From Tissierellia bacterium (GTDB lineage: Bacteria; Bacillota; Clostridia; Tissierellales; Tissierellaceae): a stretch of DNA of 64,000 nucleotides. The translations under genes were made by a program, and so were the position numbers. Below, piece after piece: positions 20,186 to 29,724 of this stretch. Each line of letters begins with the position of its first letter. Position 1 is the stretch's first letter. Where the stretch lies: assembly GCA_012728125.1 (NCBI GenBank), contig JAAYFT010000127.1:862-64861 (forward strand). The letters run 5' to 3'. The notes beneath the pieces are model-generated. The model saw nothing but the letters and a program-made list of their open reading frames with translations, did not search any database and had not been told where the DNA came from.

Positions 20186-21415
20186 ATGAATTTCACCTAT
20201 TTATCAAAGTATGATCCTGAGGTAATGGATTTAATCGAGATGGAACTAGAAAGGCAACAAGAACATATAGAACTCATTGCCTCTGAAAACTTTGTTAGCC
20301 AACAGGTTCTTGAAGCTGCTGGAAGCTATTTAACTAATAAATATGCTGAAGGATATCCTGGAAAAAGATATTACGGCGGTTGTGAAGTTGTAGATAAGGT
20401 TGAAGATTTGGCTCGTAATAGATTGAAAAAAATTTTTGGAGCAGAACATGCAAATGTTCAGCCTCATTCTGGCTCAAATGCAAACCTTGGAGTATATTTT
20501 GCTGTTTTAAAACCTGGCGATAAGGTATTAGGCATGAATCTATCACAAGGCGGTCATTTAACTCATGGAAGTCCAGTTAATATTTCAGGTACTTATTATA
20601 ATTTTGTTGCCTATGGAGTAGATAAGGAAACTGAAATGATAGACTATGATGAAGTTAGAAGAATAGCCTTAGAGGAAAAACCTAAGATGATAATTGCAGG
20701 TGCCAGTGCATATCCAAGAACAATTGACTTTAAAAAGTTTAAAGAAATAGCAGATGAAATAGGAGCTTATTTAATGGTGGATATGGCTCATATAGCCGGA
20801 TTAGTTGCAGCAGGTCTTCATCCAAACCCAGTTCCCTATGCTGATTTTGTAACTACTACGACTCACAAAACCCTAAGAGGACCTCGTGGAGGAGCAATCC
20901 TTTGTAAAGAACAATATGCAAAAGCCATTGACAAGGCTATCTTCCCTGGAATTCAAGGTGGTCCATTGATGCATATTATTGCTGCTAAGGCAGTTGCCTT
21001 TGGAGAAGCATTGCAAGATGATTTTAAAGTATATCAACAACAGATCTTGAATAATGCTAAAGCTTTGTCAGAAGGTCTTATTAAAAATGGTTTTAGGTTA
21101 GTATCTGGGGGGACAGATAATCATCTAATATTAATAGATGTTAGAAATAAAGGTTTAACTGGAAAGAAAGCAGAGAAGCTTCTAGAAGAAGTAGGTGTAG
21201 CAACTAACAAGAACACAATTCCCTATGATCCAGAATCTCCTCTTGTTACAAGTGGAATTAGGATAGGAACCCCTGCAATGACTACCCGTGGAATGAAAGA
21301 AGACGATATGTATGAAATCGCAGAAATCATCTCCCTGGCCTTGGATGAGGGAAATGATAGAAATGCTATAAAGGATAGAGTTATTGCTCTATGTAAGAAA
21401 TATCCATTATACTAA
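20186..21415 (+). CDS. glyA: serine hydroxymethyltransferase
   Basis: [52 protein letters not shown] (PLP lysine). Confidence 0.98.
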   Translation: MNFTYLSKYDPEVMDLIEMELERQQEHIELIASENFVSQQVLEAAGSYLTNKYAEGYPGKRYYGGCEVVDKVEDLARNRLKKIFGAEHANVQPHSGSNANLGVYFAVLKPGDKVLGMNLSQGGHLTHGSPVNISGTYYNFVAYGVDKETEMIDYDEVRRIALEEKPKMIIAGASAYPRTIDFKKFKEIADEIGAYLMVDMAHIAGLVAAGLHPNPVPYADFVTTTTHKTLRGPRGGAILCKEQYAKAIDKAIFPGIQGGPLMHIIAAKAVAFGEALQDDFKVYQQQILNNAKALSEGLIKNGFRLVSGGTDNHLILIDVRNKGLTGKKAEKLLEEVGVATNKNTIPYDPESPLVTSGIRIGTPAMTTRGMKEDDMYEIAEIISLALDEGNDRNAIKDRVIALCKKYPLY

Positions 21416-21419
21416 TATT

Positions 21420-21450
21420 AAGCCTACAGTATATTCTGTAGGCTTATCTT
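21420..21450 (+). terminator. probable intrinsic terminator after glyA
   Basis: AAGCCTACAG / CTGTAGGCTT inverted repeat with a weak T tract. Confidence 0.55.
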
Positions 21451-21509
21451 TACATATGGCTTTTATTATATTAGAATAAACTTATGTTAAAATTAATTGA
21501 GGTGTAAAT

Positions 21510-22838
21510 ATGGAATTAAAAAACTATACAGAAGATAATAATATTATTGAAGAAATAATTGAGGATAGTATTGCAGAGAAGGTGGGAATTGAGGTTGGGG
21601 ATATACTCTTATCCATTAACGACATGCCAGTAAAGGACATTATCGATTATAAGTATTTGATTTCAGATGAATATATTGAAGTATCCATAGAAAAGAAGAA
21701 TGGTGAAGTATGGCGATACGAAATAGAAAAGGATTATGATGAGGATTTAGGCATCGTTTTTACAAATCCCTTAATTGATAGGGCTAAATCGTGTAGAAAT
21801 AAATGTATTTTCTGTTTTATTGACCAATTACCACCTAATATGAGGAAAACCTTATATTTTAAAGATGATGATTCAAGGCTATCTTTCTTGCAAGGTAACT
21901 TTATTACCCTAACAAATATGACCGATGATGAAATCCAAAGAATTATCGATTATAAACTAACCCCTATTAATGTTAGTGTCCACACTACAAATCCAGAGTT
22001 AAGAATTAAAATGTTAAATAATAAAAATGCTGGAAAGATATATGATATACTTAAAAGATTTAGTGACGCAAAATTAGAGATTAATTGCCAAATTGTACTG
22101 GTTCCAGGAGTAAACGATGGAGAAGAATTGAGAAGAACTTTAAATGATCTGGCCAAACTTCATCCATCCATTAAAAGTGTTGCTGTTGTACCAGTAGGTG
22201 TAACTAAGTACAGGGAAAAGTTAGAAAAAATTAAGCCCTACACCGCGGAAACTGCCAAGGGGTTATTGGAATTAATTTCTGAAAAGCAAGAGGAATTTAT
22301 GAATATTTTAGGCACTAGATTTGTTTTTGCATCAGATGAATTCTTTGCTTTAACCAATAGTCCTTTACCTAAATATAAAGAATATGAAGGTTTTCCACAA
22401 TTAGAAAATGGTGTAGGACTTATGCGACTATTTGAAGATGAAGTAGTTAAGGAACTAGATAAAATTAAGACTTCAATAAATCAAAACAAGAAATATATTA
22501 TAGCTACAGGTACCTTAGCTTATAGTTTCATGTGTAAAATTGGAGAACTAATATGTGATAAATTTCCGGGGCTAGAACTTAAAGTAGTACCTATAACAAA
22601 TAAGTTCTTTGGTGAAACTATTACAGTATCAGGACTAATTACTGGAAGAGATTTAGTAGAACAGTTAATGGAATTTAGGAATTATGATAAAATAATAATA
22701 CCAAGATCAATGCTAAAAAGAGATGAAGAAGTATTTCTTGACGATTTGACCCTCCAAGATGTATCAAAGTCATTAAACATTGAAGTTGTACCATCTAAGG
22801 TTGAGGGTAAAAGTATAATAGATATAATAAAGAAATAG
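21510..22838 (+). CDS. DUF512 / PDZ-domain radical-SAM-like protein (TIGR03279-type)
   Basis: N-terminal PDZ (VGIEVGDILLSINDMPV), CRNKCIFCF cysteine motif, C-terminal DUF512 region. It lies directly upstream of der, as in many Firmicutes. Confidence 0.8.
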   Translation: MELKNYTEDNNIIEEIIEDSIAEKVGIEVGDILLSINDMPVKDIIDYKYLISDEYIEVSIEKKNGEVWRYEIEKDYDEDLGIVFTNPLIDRAKSCRNKCIFCFIDQLPPNMRKTLYFKDDDSRLSFLQGNFITLTNMTDDEIQRIIDYKLTPINVSVHTTNPELRIKMLNNKNAGKIYDILKRFSDAKLEINCQIVLVPGVNDGEELRRTLNDLAKLHPSIKSVAVVPVGVTKYREKLEKIKPYTAETAKGLLELISEKQEEFMNILGTRFVFASDEFFALTNSPLPKYKEYEGFPQLENGVGLMRLFEDEVVKELDKIKTSINQNKKYIIATGTLAYSFMCKIGELICDKFPGLELKVVPITNKFFGETITVSGLITGRDLVEQLMEFRNYDKIIIPRSMLKRDEEVFLDDLTLQDVSKSLNIEVVPSKVEGKSIIDIIKK

Positions 22839-22847
22839 GTGATGATT

Positions 22848-24164
22848 ATGAACAGAGCTGTTGTATGTATAGTAGGAAGGCCTAATGTAGGCAAATCCAC
22901 TTTATTTAATAAAATTGTAGGGAAAAGAATAGCTATAACAGAAGATACGCCTGGTGTAACTAGAGATAGAATATACGCGGAAGGCGAATGGTTAGGTAAA
23001 TACTTTACCGTAATAGATACAGGCGGATTAGAGCCAGACAATGAAGAGATTTTTATGACCAATATCAAAAGGCAAGTGGAAATAGCCATTGATACTGCAG
23101 ATGTAATTATATTTGTAGTGGATGGTTTACAGGGTTTAAATCCAACAGATAAAGAAATTGGAAATATGCTAAGAAGGTCTGGAAAGAAAGTCGTTGTAGC
23201 ATGTAACAAAATCGATACTCCTAAAACCCCACAAGAAATCTTTGAATTTTATGAATTGGGCCTAGGAGACCCTGTAGTTATCTCAGCTGAACAAGGACTT
23301 GGTATAGGAGACCTTTTAGATGAAGTAGTAAAGAACTTCCCAGATGATGTAGACACAGATTATGATGAAGACATAATTAAGGTTTCATTTATTGGTAAAC
23401 CAAACGTGGGAAAATCATCTTTAATCAATAAAATACTAGGGGAAGAAAGAGTAATAGTTACAAATATACCTGGGACAACTAGAGATGCCATAGATACATA
23501 TTTTAACTATAAGGATGAAAGATATGTATTTATAGATACTGCTGGCCTTAGAAGAAAGAGAAGTATATATGAAAATATAGAAAGGTATTCAGTAGTAAGG
23601 ACCTTAACAGCCATTGATAGGTCAGATATCTGTGTTTTAGTTATAGATGCTACTGAAGGAGTTACAGAACAGGATTCTAAGATAGCAGGCTATGCCCATG
23701 ATAATGGAAAGGGAATTATAATAGCTGTAAATAAATGGGATTTAATTGAGAAAGAAACTAATACCCATTTGGAATTTGAAAAGGAGATAAGAAGGGTTCT
23801 AGGCTTTATTTCTTATGCCCCTATAATATATATTTCAGCTTTAACTGGCCAAAGAGTAAATAGACTATTAGAGCTTATAAACATAATAAATAATAACTAT
23901 AGCTTAAGAATAAGTACAGGGGTATTAAATGATATAATCAATGAAGCAGTTCTAATGAACCAACCACCAAGCGATAAAGGAAAGAGGTTGAAGATATACT
24001 ACGGTACACAAGTCTCAGTTAGACCTCCAAAGTTCGTTATCTTTGTGAACAATAGAGAATTGATGCATTTTTCATATGAACGATATTTAGAAAACCAAAT
24101 TAGAAATCACTTTGGTTTTTCTGGAGTACCTATTTTGTTTGAATTTAAGCAAAAGGGAGAGTAG
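22848..24164 (+). CDS. der: ribosome biogenesis GTPase Der (EngA)
   Basis: Two G domains (GRPNVGKSTLFN...DTGG...NKID and GKPNVGKSSLIN...DTAGLRR...NKWD) plus a KH-like C-terminus. The start is chosen 5 nt after AGGTGA; GTG 22839 and ATG 22842 are also in frame. Confidence 0.95.
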   Translation: MNRAVVCIVGRPNVGKSTLFNKIVGKRIAITEDTPGVTRDRIYAEGEWLGKYFTVIDTGGLEPDNEEIFMTNIKRQVEIAIDTADVIIFVVDGLQGLNPTDKEIGNMLRRSGKKVVVACNKIDTPKTPQEIFEFYELGLGDPVVISAEQGLGIGDLLDEVVKNFPDDVDTDYDEDIIKVSFIGKPNVGKSSLINKILGEERVIVTNIPGTTRDAIDTYFNYKDERYVFIDTAGLRRKRSIYENIERYSVVRTLTAIDRSDICVLVIDATEGVTEQDSKIAGYAHDNGKGIIIAVNKWDLIEKETNTHLEFEKEIRRVLGFISYAPIIYISALTGQRVNRLLELINIINNNYSLRISTGVLNDIINEAVLMNQPPSDKGKRLKIYYGTQVSVRPPKFVIFVNNRELMHFSYERYLENQIRNHFGFSGVPILFEFKQKGE

Positions 24165-24167
24165 AGT

Positions 24168-24761
24168 ATGAAAGTTGTCTTAACAGTAATAGTATCATAT
24201 CTCTTAGGTTGTTTTTCTTCAGCTTATTTCCTAGGTAAAATGGCTAAAAACATTGATATTAGAGAATATGGCAGCGGTAATGCTGGGGCCACCAATGCTT
24301 TAAGGGTAATGGGGAAGAAGATAGGGGCCTTAACATTTATTTTAGATATACTAAAGGGTATAATAGCAGTCATCATTGGAAATAAATTACTTGGTCTTGA
24401 TGGAAAGCTATTGGCTGGGATTTTTGTAGTACTAGGCCACAATTTTCCAGTCTTCCTAAATTTTAAAGGTGGCAAAGGTGTTGCCACATCCTTAGGAGTT
24501 TTAATGATGGTTAATTGGAAAATAGGTTTAGTATGTTTAGTAGTAGGGGTTACCGTAATTATAATTACTAAATATGTATCTTTAGGCTCCATATGTGCCT
24601 CTATTGCTGCCCCTATTGCAATGATATTATTATTAGATAACATTGATCGGAACTTTTATTTAACTATTTGGTTTCTAGGAATTTTATCTGTAGTTAGGCA
24701 TAGATCAAATATTCAAAGACTTCTAAGAGGTGAGGAAAACAGATTGGGAAAAAATATGTAG
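24168..24761 (+). CDS. plsY: glycerol-3-phosphate acyltransferase PlsY
   Basis: GSGNAGATNALRVMG, GHNFPVFLNFKGGKGVATSLG, RHRSNIQRL. Confidence 0.95.
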   Translation: MKVVLTVIVSYLLGCFSSAYFLGKMAKNIDIREYGSGNAGATNALRVMGKKIGALTFILDILKGIIAVIIGNKLLGLDGKLLAGIFVVLGHNFPVFLNFKGGKGVATSLGVLMMVNWKIGLVCLVVGVTVIIITKYVSLGSICASIAAPIAMILLLDNIDRNFYLTIWFLGILSVVRHRSNIQRLLRGEENRLGKNM

Positions 24762-24773
24762 GAGGAGAATTAT

Positions 24774-25802
24774 ATGACTGAACAGATTGGAATATTAGGT
24801 GGAGGTAGTTGGGGTACTGCCTTAGGAATATTACTGGCTAATAAGGGTTATGATGTGACCATATGGTTAAGGGATAAATACCAAGTTGAAGAAATAAACA
24901 ATACACGAATCAACAACAAATATCTACCAGATGTGGTTTTACCACCAAATTTAAAAGTGAGCAACGATTTAGAATATAGTATTTCCAACAAGAAGGCCTT
25001 AGTTTTGTCCATGAGCACCCATGGTATTAGGGATGTACTCTCAAAGGCCTATTCTTATATAAAGCCTAATCAGATAATAATTAATGTATCTAAGGGAATT
25101 GAGAGTGAAACTTTACTTAGGATTTCACAAATTGTTGAAGAATTTCTACCAGAAAACACCTATGTGGTTCTCTCAGGTCCTTCCCATGCAGAGGAAGTTT
25201 CTAAAAATATGCCTACAACAGTAGTTTCTGCCTCAAGGGATAAGTTGGCAGCAGAATATGTTCAAGATCTTTTTTTCACATCCACTTTTAGGGTATATAC
25301 AAATCCAGATGTAATTGGTGTAGAATTAGGTGGAGCATTGAAAAATATCATAGCCTTGGGAGCTGGCATATCCGATGGATTAAATTATGGAGATAATACT
25401 AAGGCTGCTTTAATGACAAGGGGGATTATTGAAATAGCAAGACTAGGTGAGAAAATGGGGGCAAATATTAACACCTTTTCTGGCCTTGCAGGTATAGGTG
25501 ATTTAATAGTTACTTGTACTAGTATGCATAGTAGAAATAGGAGGGCTGGAATCTTAATAGGACAAGGCATAAAGGTAGATGAGGCTATTAGACAGATAGG
25601 AATGGTTGTTGAAGGCATAAGAACAACAAAATCAGCATATAATTTAGCCCAAAAATATAATATTGAAATGCCTATTACTTCAGAAATCTATGGAGTTTTA
25701 TATGAAGGTAAGGACGTTAAAAACTCAGTATTAAATTTAATGATTAGGGATAAGAAAAACGAATTGGAAGATATTATAAAGGATAAAAATAATACTTGGT
25801 AA
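24774..25802 (+). CDS. gpsA: NAD(P)H-dependent glycerol-3-phosphate dehydrogenase
   Basis: ILGGGSWGTALG, LSGPSHAEEV, GALKNIIALGAGISDG, GDLIVTCTSMHSRNRRAG. Confidence 0.96.
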   Translation: MTEQIGILGGGSWGTALGILLANKGYDVTIWLRDKYQVEEINNTRINNKYLPDVVLPPNLKVSNDLEYSISNKKALVLSMSTHGIRDVLSKAYSYIKPNQIIINVSKGIESETLLRISQIVEEFLPENTYVVLSGPSHAEEVSKNMPTTVVSASRDKLAAEYVQDLFFTSTFRVYTNPDVIGVELGGALKNIIALGAGISDGLNYGDNTKAALMTRGIIEIARLGEKMGANINTFSGLAGIGDLIVTCTSMHSRNRRAGILIGQGIKVDEAIRQIGMVVEGIRTTKSAYNLAQKYNIEMPITSEIYGVLYEGKDVKNSVLNLMIRDKKNELEDIIKDKNNTW

Positions 25803-25829
25803 CCTGCTAAAAATAGCAGGTTTTTTTTA
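25802..25829 (+). terminator. intrinsic terminator after gpsA
   Basis: ACCTGCTA-aaaa-TAGCAGGT followed by T8. Confidence 0.85.
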
Positions 25830-25913
25830 TGAGCTTGTAATAATTTATTTCCTGGGACGTATATATATAATGTTAAGTGTTGTAATTAAATATACTCATA
25901 AGGGGGGAAAGAT

Positions 25914-27392
25914 GTGGAGGTATTTGATATATACAAAGATATAGCAGAAAGAACAGATGGTGATATTTATGCAGGTGTTGTAGGGCCAGTTAGAACAGGA
26001 AAATCCACATTTATAAAAAGATTTATGGAATTAATGGTACTACCTAATATTGACAACAAGCATAAAAGAGAACGAGCAAAGGATGAATTACCCCTAAGTG
26101 GTGCTGGAAAAACAATAATGACAACAGAGCCAAAGTTTGTACCCAATGAAGCTGTGGAATTAACTTTAGGTGAAAATGTGAAGTTCAAGGTAAGGATGGT
26201 AGATTGCGTAGGATATCTAGTAAGTGGTGCCTTAGGACATGAAGAAAACTTTGTACCCAGAATGGTAACAACTCCTTGGTATGACGAAGAGATACCATTT
26301 GAAGAGGCGGCTGAAATAGGTACTAGAAAAGTAATCCAAGACCACTCAACCATTGGATTGGTAGTAACAACAGATGGTTCAATAACAGATATAGACAGAT
26401 CAAATTATATTAAAGCAGAAGAAAGAGTAATATCTGAACTAAAAGAACTAGGTAAACCATTTATAATTATTCTAAATTCAAAGCATCCTAATTTAGATAG
26501 TACAATTGCCTTAAGAGAAAGCTTACAGAGCAAATACGGTGTATCTGTTATAGCATTAGATTGTTTAAATATGGAAGTAAAGGATATTGAAAAGGTATTT
26601 GAAAAACTCTTATATGAGTTCCCAGTTAAGGAGGTTACTATTAATTTACCTAAATGGATAGAGGGACTACCTAAGAAACATTGGATCAAAGTCAATATTT
26701 TAAACGCATTAAAAGAGTCCATAGAGGGACTACAAAAATTAAATGAAGTTACAGAATTTTTAAGTCCCTTAAAGGACTTAGACATGGTTAAAAACGTTAA
26801 CTTAGTTGAAATAAAGTTAGGTGAAGGTGTAGTCCACTCAGAAATCGTTGTAGATGAAGGCTTATTCTATAGTGTACTTAAAGATATGACTGGCTATTCA
26901 ATAGAGGGAGATTACCAGCTATTAGGATTAATTTCAAAGTTAGCTGAAACTAAGAGAAAGTACGACAAAATAGAAAGAGCATTGGTTGAAGCAAAAGAAA
27001 TCGGCTATGGATTAGTTAGTCCAAGTTTAGAAGAATTAGAACTAGCAGAGCCAGAAATTTATCGACAAGGCAGTAGATTTGGTGTTAAGCTTAAAGCTAA
27101 GGCCCCATCCCTTCATGTACTACGGGCTGATATAGCCACTGAAGTATCTCCATTAATAGGAACTGAGAAGCAGTCTGAAGAATTAATTCAATACCTATTA
27201 TCGGAGTTTGAAGGAGAACCATCAAAGATTTGGCAGTCAAATCTATTTGGAAAATCCTTATATGACCTAGTCAACGAGCAATTACAAGGAAAACTAAGCA
27301 CAATGCCAGAGGATGCAAGGCAAAAATTAAGAAGGGCCCTAGAAAAGATTATAAATGATGGTAGTGGCGGATTAATCTGTATAATAATATAA
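25914..27392 (+). CDS. spoIVA: stage IV sporulation protein A (spore coat morphogenetic ATPase)
   Basis: The GTG-start MEVFDIYKDIAERTDGDIYAGVVGPVRTGKSTFIKRFM matches the SpoIVA N-terminus and Walker A motif. Length is 492 aa, and the gene follows gpsA as in B. subtilis. Confidence 0.96.
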   Translation: MEVFDIYKDIAERTDGDIYAGVVGPVRTGKSTFIKRFMELMVLPNIDNKHKRERAKDELPLSGAGKTIMTTEPKFVPNEAVELTLGENVKFKVRMVDCVGYLVSGALGHEENFVPRMVTTPWYDEEIPFEEAAEIGTRKVIQDHSTIGLVVTTDGSITDIDRSNYIKAEERVISELKELGKPFIIILNSKHPNLDSTIALRESLQSKYGVSVIALDCLNMEVKDIEKVFEKLLYEFPVKEVTINLPKWIEGLPKKHWIKVNILNALKESIEGLQKLNEVTEFLSPLKDLDMVKNVNLVEIKLGEGVVHSEIVVDEGLFYSVLKDMTGYSIEGDYQLLGLISKLAETKRKYDKIERALVEAKEIGYGLVSPSLEELELAEPEIYRQGSRFGVKLKAKAPSLHVLRADIATEVSPLIGTEKQSEELIQYLLSEFEGEPSKIWQSNLFGKSLYDLVNEQLQGKLSTMPEDARQKLRRALEKIINDGSGGLICIII

Positions 27393-27418
27393 AAGGTAGA
27401 GTTATCTCTACCTTTTTA
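27392..27418 (+). terminator. intrinsic terminator after spoIVA
   Basis: AAAGGTAGAG-ttat-CTCTACCTTT plus a T-run. Confidence 0.8.
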
Positions 27419-27490
27419 AATTTGAGCTATGCAAAATAGTTAAATTGAAGCCTCTAACCAGACTTTAAAATCCTATTTAAGTTCCTAAAC

Positions 27491-28981
27491 CTAATCTTCT
27501 TTTTTCTTTGCTAAGTTATCTCTTTTTATTAAATCAGGTATAAGCTTATCTGGTATCAACTGAGAGATTCCCCGTTTTTTCTTTTCTTGAGATGGGTCAT
27601 TTGTATCAGTAAAATTAGGTATTTTTATATTATCTTCTATTACTTGATTGGAACTGTGTTTAAGTATCAGAGCATCTACTTCCTCTTCATCTAAAGTCTC
27701 CTTTTTTATTAATATTTCTACCATTTCTTTTAACAAGTCATAATTCTCCTCTAAAAAGCCTATGGTTTCCTTATATAATTTATTAGAAACTTCCTTTGCT
27801 TCTTTTAAGACATATTCTTGATTCAAACCACTCATTTTTTCCAAGTTCAATAATCCAAACTTCTCACTCATACCATAACTACCCAACATGGCCATTATTA
27901 TATTAGTTGCTTTTTTAATATCATTGGAAGCTCCAGTAGTTACTTTGCTTTCGTCTCTTAATAGAATATATTCTGCAGCTCTGCCACCATAGCTGACTTT
28001 TACCATATTCTCTAGATCTTCTTTAGAATAATAACTACCTTCTTTTGGCTCCATAAAGGTAATTCCACCAGCACCACTTGTTGAAGGTATTATGGTAACC
28101 TTGTTTACTATTTGTTTTGTAACAAGTTTAGATACGATAGCATGTCCTGCTTCATGCCAAGCAGTTAATTCAGTATCATCCTGTGACCGGTCAAAGGATT
28201 TTTTCTTATCACCCTTTGTTAGTATCCTATAGAGTGCATCATCTATTTCTTGCATACTTGTTTTATCCTTATCTCTAAATGCAGTTAACATTGCAGCTTC
28301 GTTTAATAAGTTTGCTAAGTCTGCACCACTAAATCCCCTTGTCATTGCTGCAACTTTATCTAAAGATACTTCTTTGTCTAATCTTTTATTTTTTGCATAT
28401 TACATCAGATAACTTAACTAAATCTACTTTTTCCTTTACTTCTTCACTTAAACTTTGGGATTGGTATGATTTTTTATTTGAATCAGATTGATTTGGATTA
28501 GTGTAATTTATTATTGGTTTGATGATTCTCATATATACTAGAGAAGAGATGATGACAGTTATCACTGTGGAAAAGAAACTGTTAATAGGTTTCTTAAGGA
28601 AAAGTTTTTCTTAATTATTAATGGTTTCTAATATAACTTCATTTGTAATCTGATTTTCCTCTACTAATTCTGATATGTTTCCTAAAGCTACTCTGCCACT
28701 TCCAGTAATTCCATACTTAATTTTGGCTTCTTCCTTTAAAGAACCTGTAAAGATGTCTTTCTCTATATCATATTCTAGATCTGCGACTTCTTTTTCTATG
28801 ACAAAAGTTCTGAACTCGTCTAAAGAAACAAAATTAAACGAGAATTATTATTTATTTTTTCTAATCTGTTTTCTGGGTTGATAATTGCATATAAAGCCCT
28901 TGCTCCACTTACAAAGACGAATATAGTTGCAATAATCAACACTACTTTTGTATCTTTTGGCAATTTACTAAACCACTTCAT
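27491..28981 (-). pseudogene. ftsH: disrupted ftsH paralogue: frameshift, in-frame TAA and loss of the AAA+ ATPase core
   Basis: On the minus strand, GGAGGCC SD then ATG 28981 gives MKWFSKLPKDTKVVLIIATIFVFVSG... (TM1) and stops at 28822-28820. The next frame reads FVSLDEFRTFVIEKEV...GITGSGRVALGNISELVEENQITNEVILETINN and ends in TAA at 28613-28611. The same frame continues as ...FFSTVITVIISSLVYMRII (TM2)...VKEKVDLVKLSDV. At about 28395-28403 the reading frame shifts to YAKNKRLDKEVSLDKVAAMTRGFSGADLANLLNEAAM. The Walker A, Walker B and SRH region is therefore absent. The 284-aa M41 peptidase part (HEAGHAIV) is intact but has no SD before its first Met. Confidence 0.8.
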
Positions 28982-29306
28982 TCTTGGCCTCCTATTTTAT
29001 TTATTCACAAACTTTTAATTTATCTAAAGTAAAAATGGATTTCCCACTTTAAGCTCTAATTATATACCCAAAAATTACCAATTAAAATAGTAGAAAAAAT
29101 AAAAAACAAATAAACTTTTTGCATAATCTTTTATAGAAATGATAGGTTTGACTATTTGTATACATCTTTATGTTTAACATTAACTTAGTTAAGTAAATTC
29201 ACTATATCAGATAAAGAAGCAAGGGAAGACTAACCATACAAGTACCGCAACAAGTCTAGATCTTTTTTCATATAAAAAAGTTTACTAGAGGATGGTGTAA
29301 ATAGTC

Positions 29307-29335
29307 TTGATTAAGTCCTAAGATTTTGATATAAT
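29307..29335 (+). promoter_or_regulatory. strong sigma-A-type promoter upstream of tRNA-Pro
   Basis: TTGATT (29307-29312), 17-nt spacer, extended -10 TGaTATAAT (29327-29335). Confidence 0.6.
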
Positions 29336-29419
29336 ATCACAAGGTTGTTAGAAATTTTGGCCCTATTCAAGTAAATAGGCGAATCAAATAACAATAAACT
29401 TTACTATACAATTTAATGG

Positions 29420-29493
29420 CGGGATGTGGCGCAGTTTGGTAGCGCACAAGTCTGGGGGACTTGGGGTCGCAGGTTCAAATCCTGTCATCCCGA
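29420..29493 (+). tRNA. tRNA-Pro, anticodon GGG
   Basis: Hand-folded cloverleaf. Acceptor CGGGATG/CATCCCG, D stem GCGC/GCGC, anticodon stem CAAGT/ACTTG with loop CT-GGG-GG, T stem GCAGG/CCTGT, T loop TTCAAAT, discriminator A. CCA is not encoded. Confidence 0.92.
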
Positions 29494-29508
29494 TTGTTTA
29501 TATTCTAA

Positions 29509-29544
29509 ATGGCTGATATTATTGAAATCGGCCATTTTTTTTTG
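29509..29544 (+). terminator. intrinsic terminator after tRNA-Pro
   Basis: ATGGCTGAT (29509-29517) / ATCGGCCAT (29527-29535), with one G-U pair, followed by T9. Confidence 0.75.
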
Positions 29545-29674
29545 AAAATTTATAATCACATAAAAATAATGGCTAGACTTAAAATACATAATTAATATTG
29601 AATTTCTCTTATAATTTCATAGATGATATTATTGATTACTTTTAGCCTATATTAAAATTATTTCAAAACACCCC

Positions 29675-29705
29675 TTGACATTAACGTTACGTTAAGGTGT
29701 ATCCT
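29675..29705 (+). promoter_or_regulatory. MerR-type promoter with 19-bp spacer and a perfect 7-1-7 palindromic operator
   Basis: TTGACA (29675-29680), spacer of 19 bp containing TTAACGT-T-ACGTTAA (29681-29695), and -10 TATCCT (29700-29705). It lies 20 nt upstream of the MerR-family gene. Confidence 0.7.
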
Positions 29706-29724
29706 AAATCTAGAAGGTGATAAG

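Noticed and set aside
28790-28850. Programmed ribosomal frameshifting as an explanation for the frame change near the start of the ftsH paralogue.
   Set aside because: The gene carries at least two further independent lesions: an in-frame TAA at 28613-28611 and a deletion of about 200 codons with another frame change near 28400. Recoding cannot restore a functional product, so decay or sequence error is the simpler explanation.
28675-28881. 68-aa plus-strand ORF inside the ftsH remnant region.
   Set aside because: It is antisense to the clearly FtsH-derived extracytoplasmic-domain frame, has no SD, and its translation is low-complexity. The minus-strand pseudogene explains it better.
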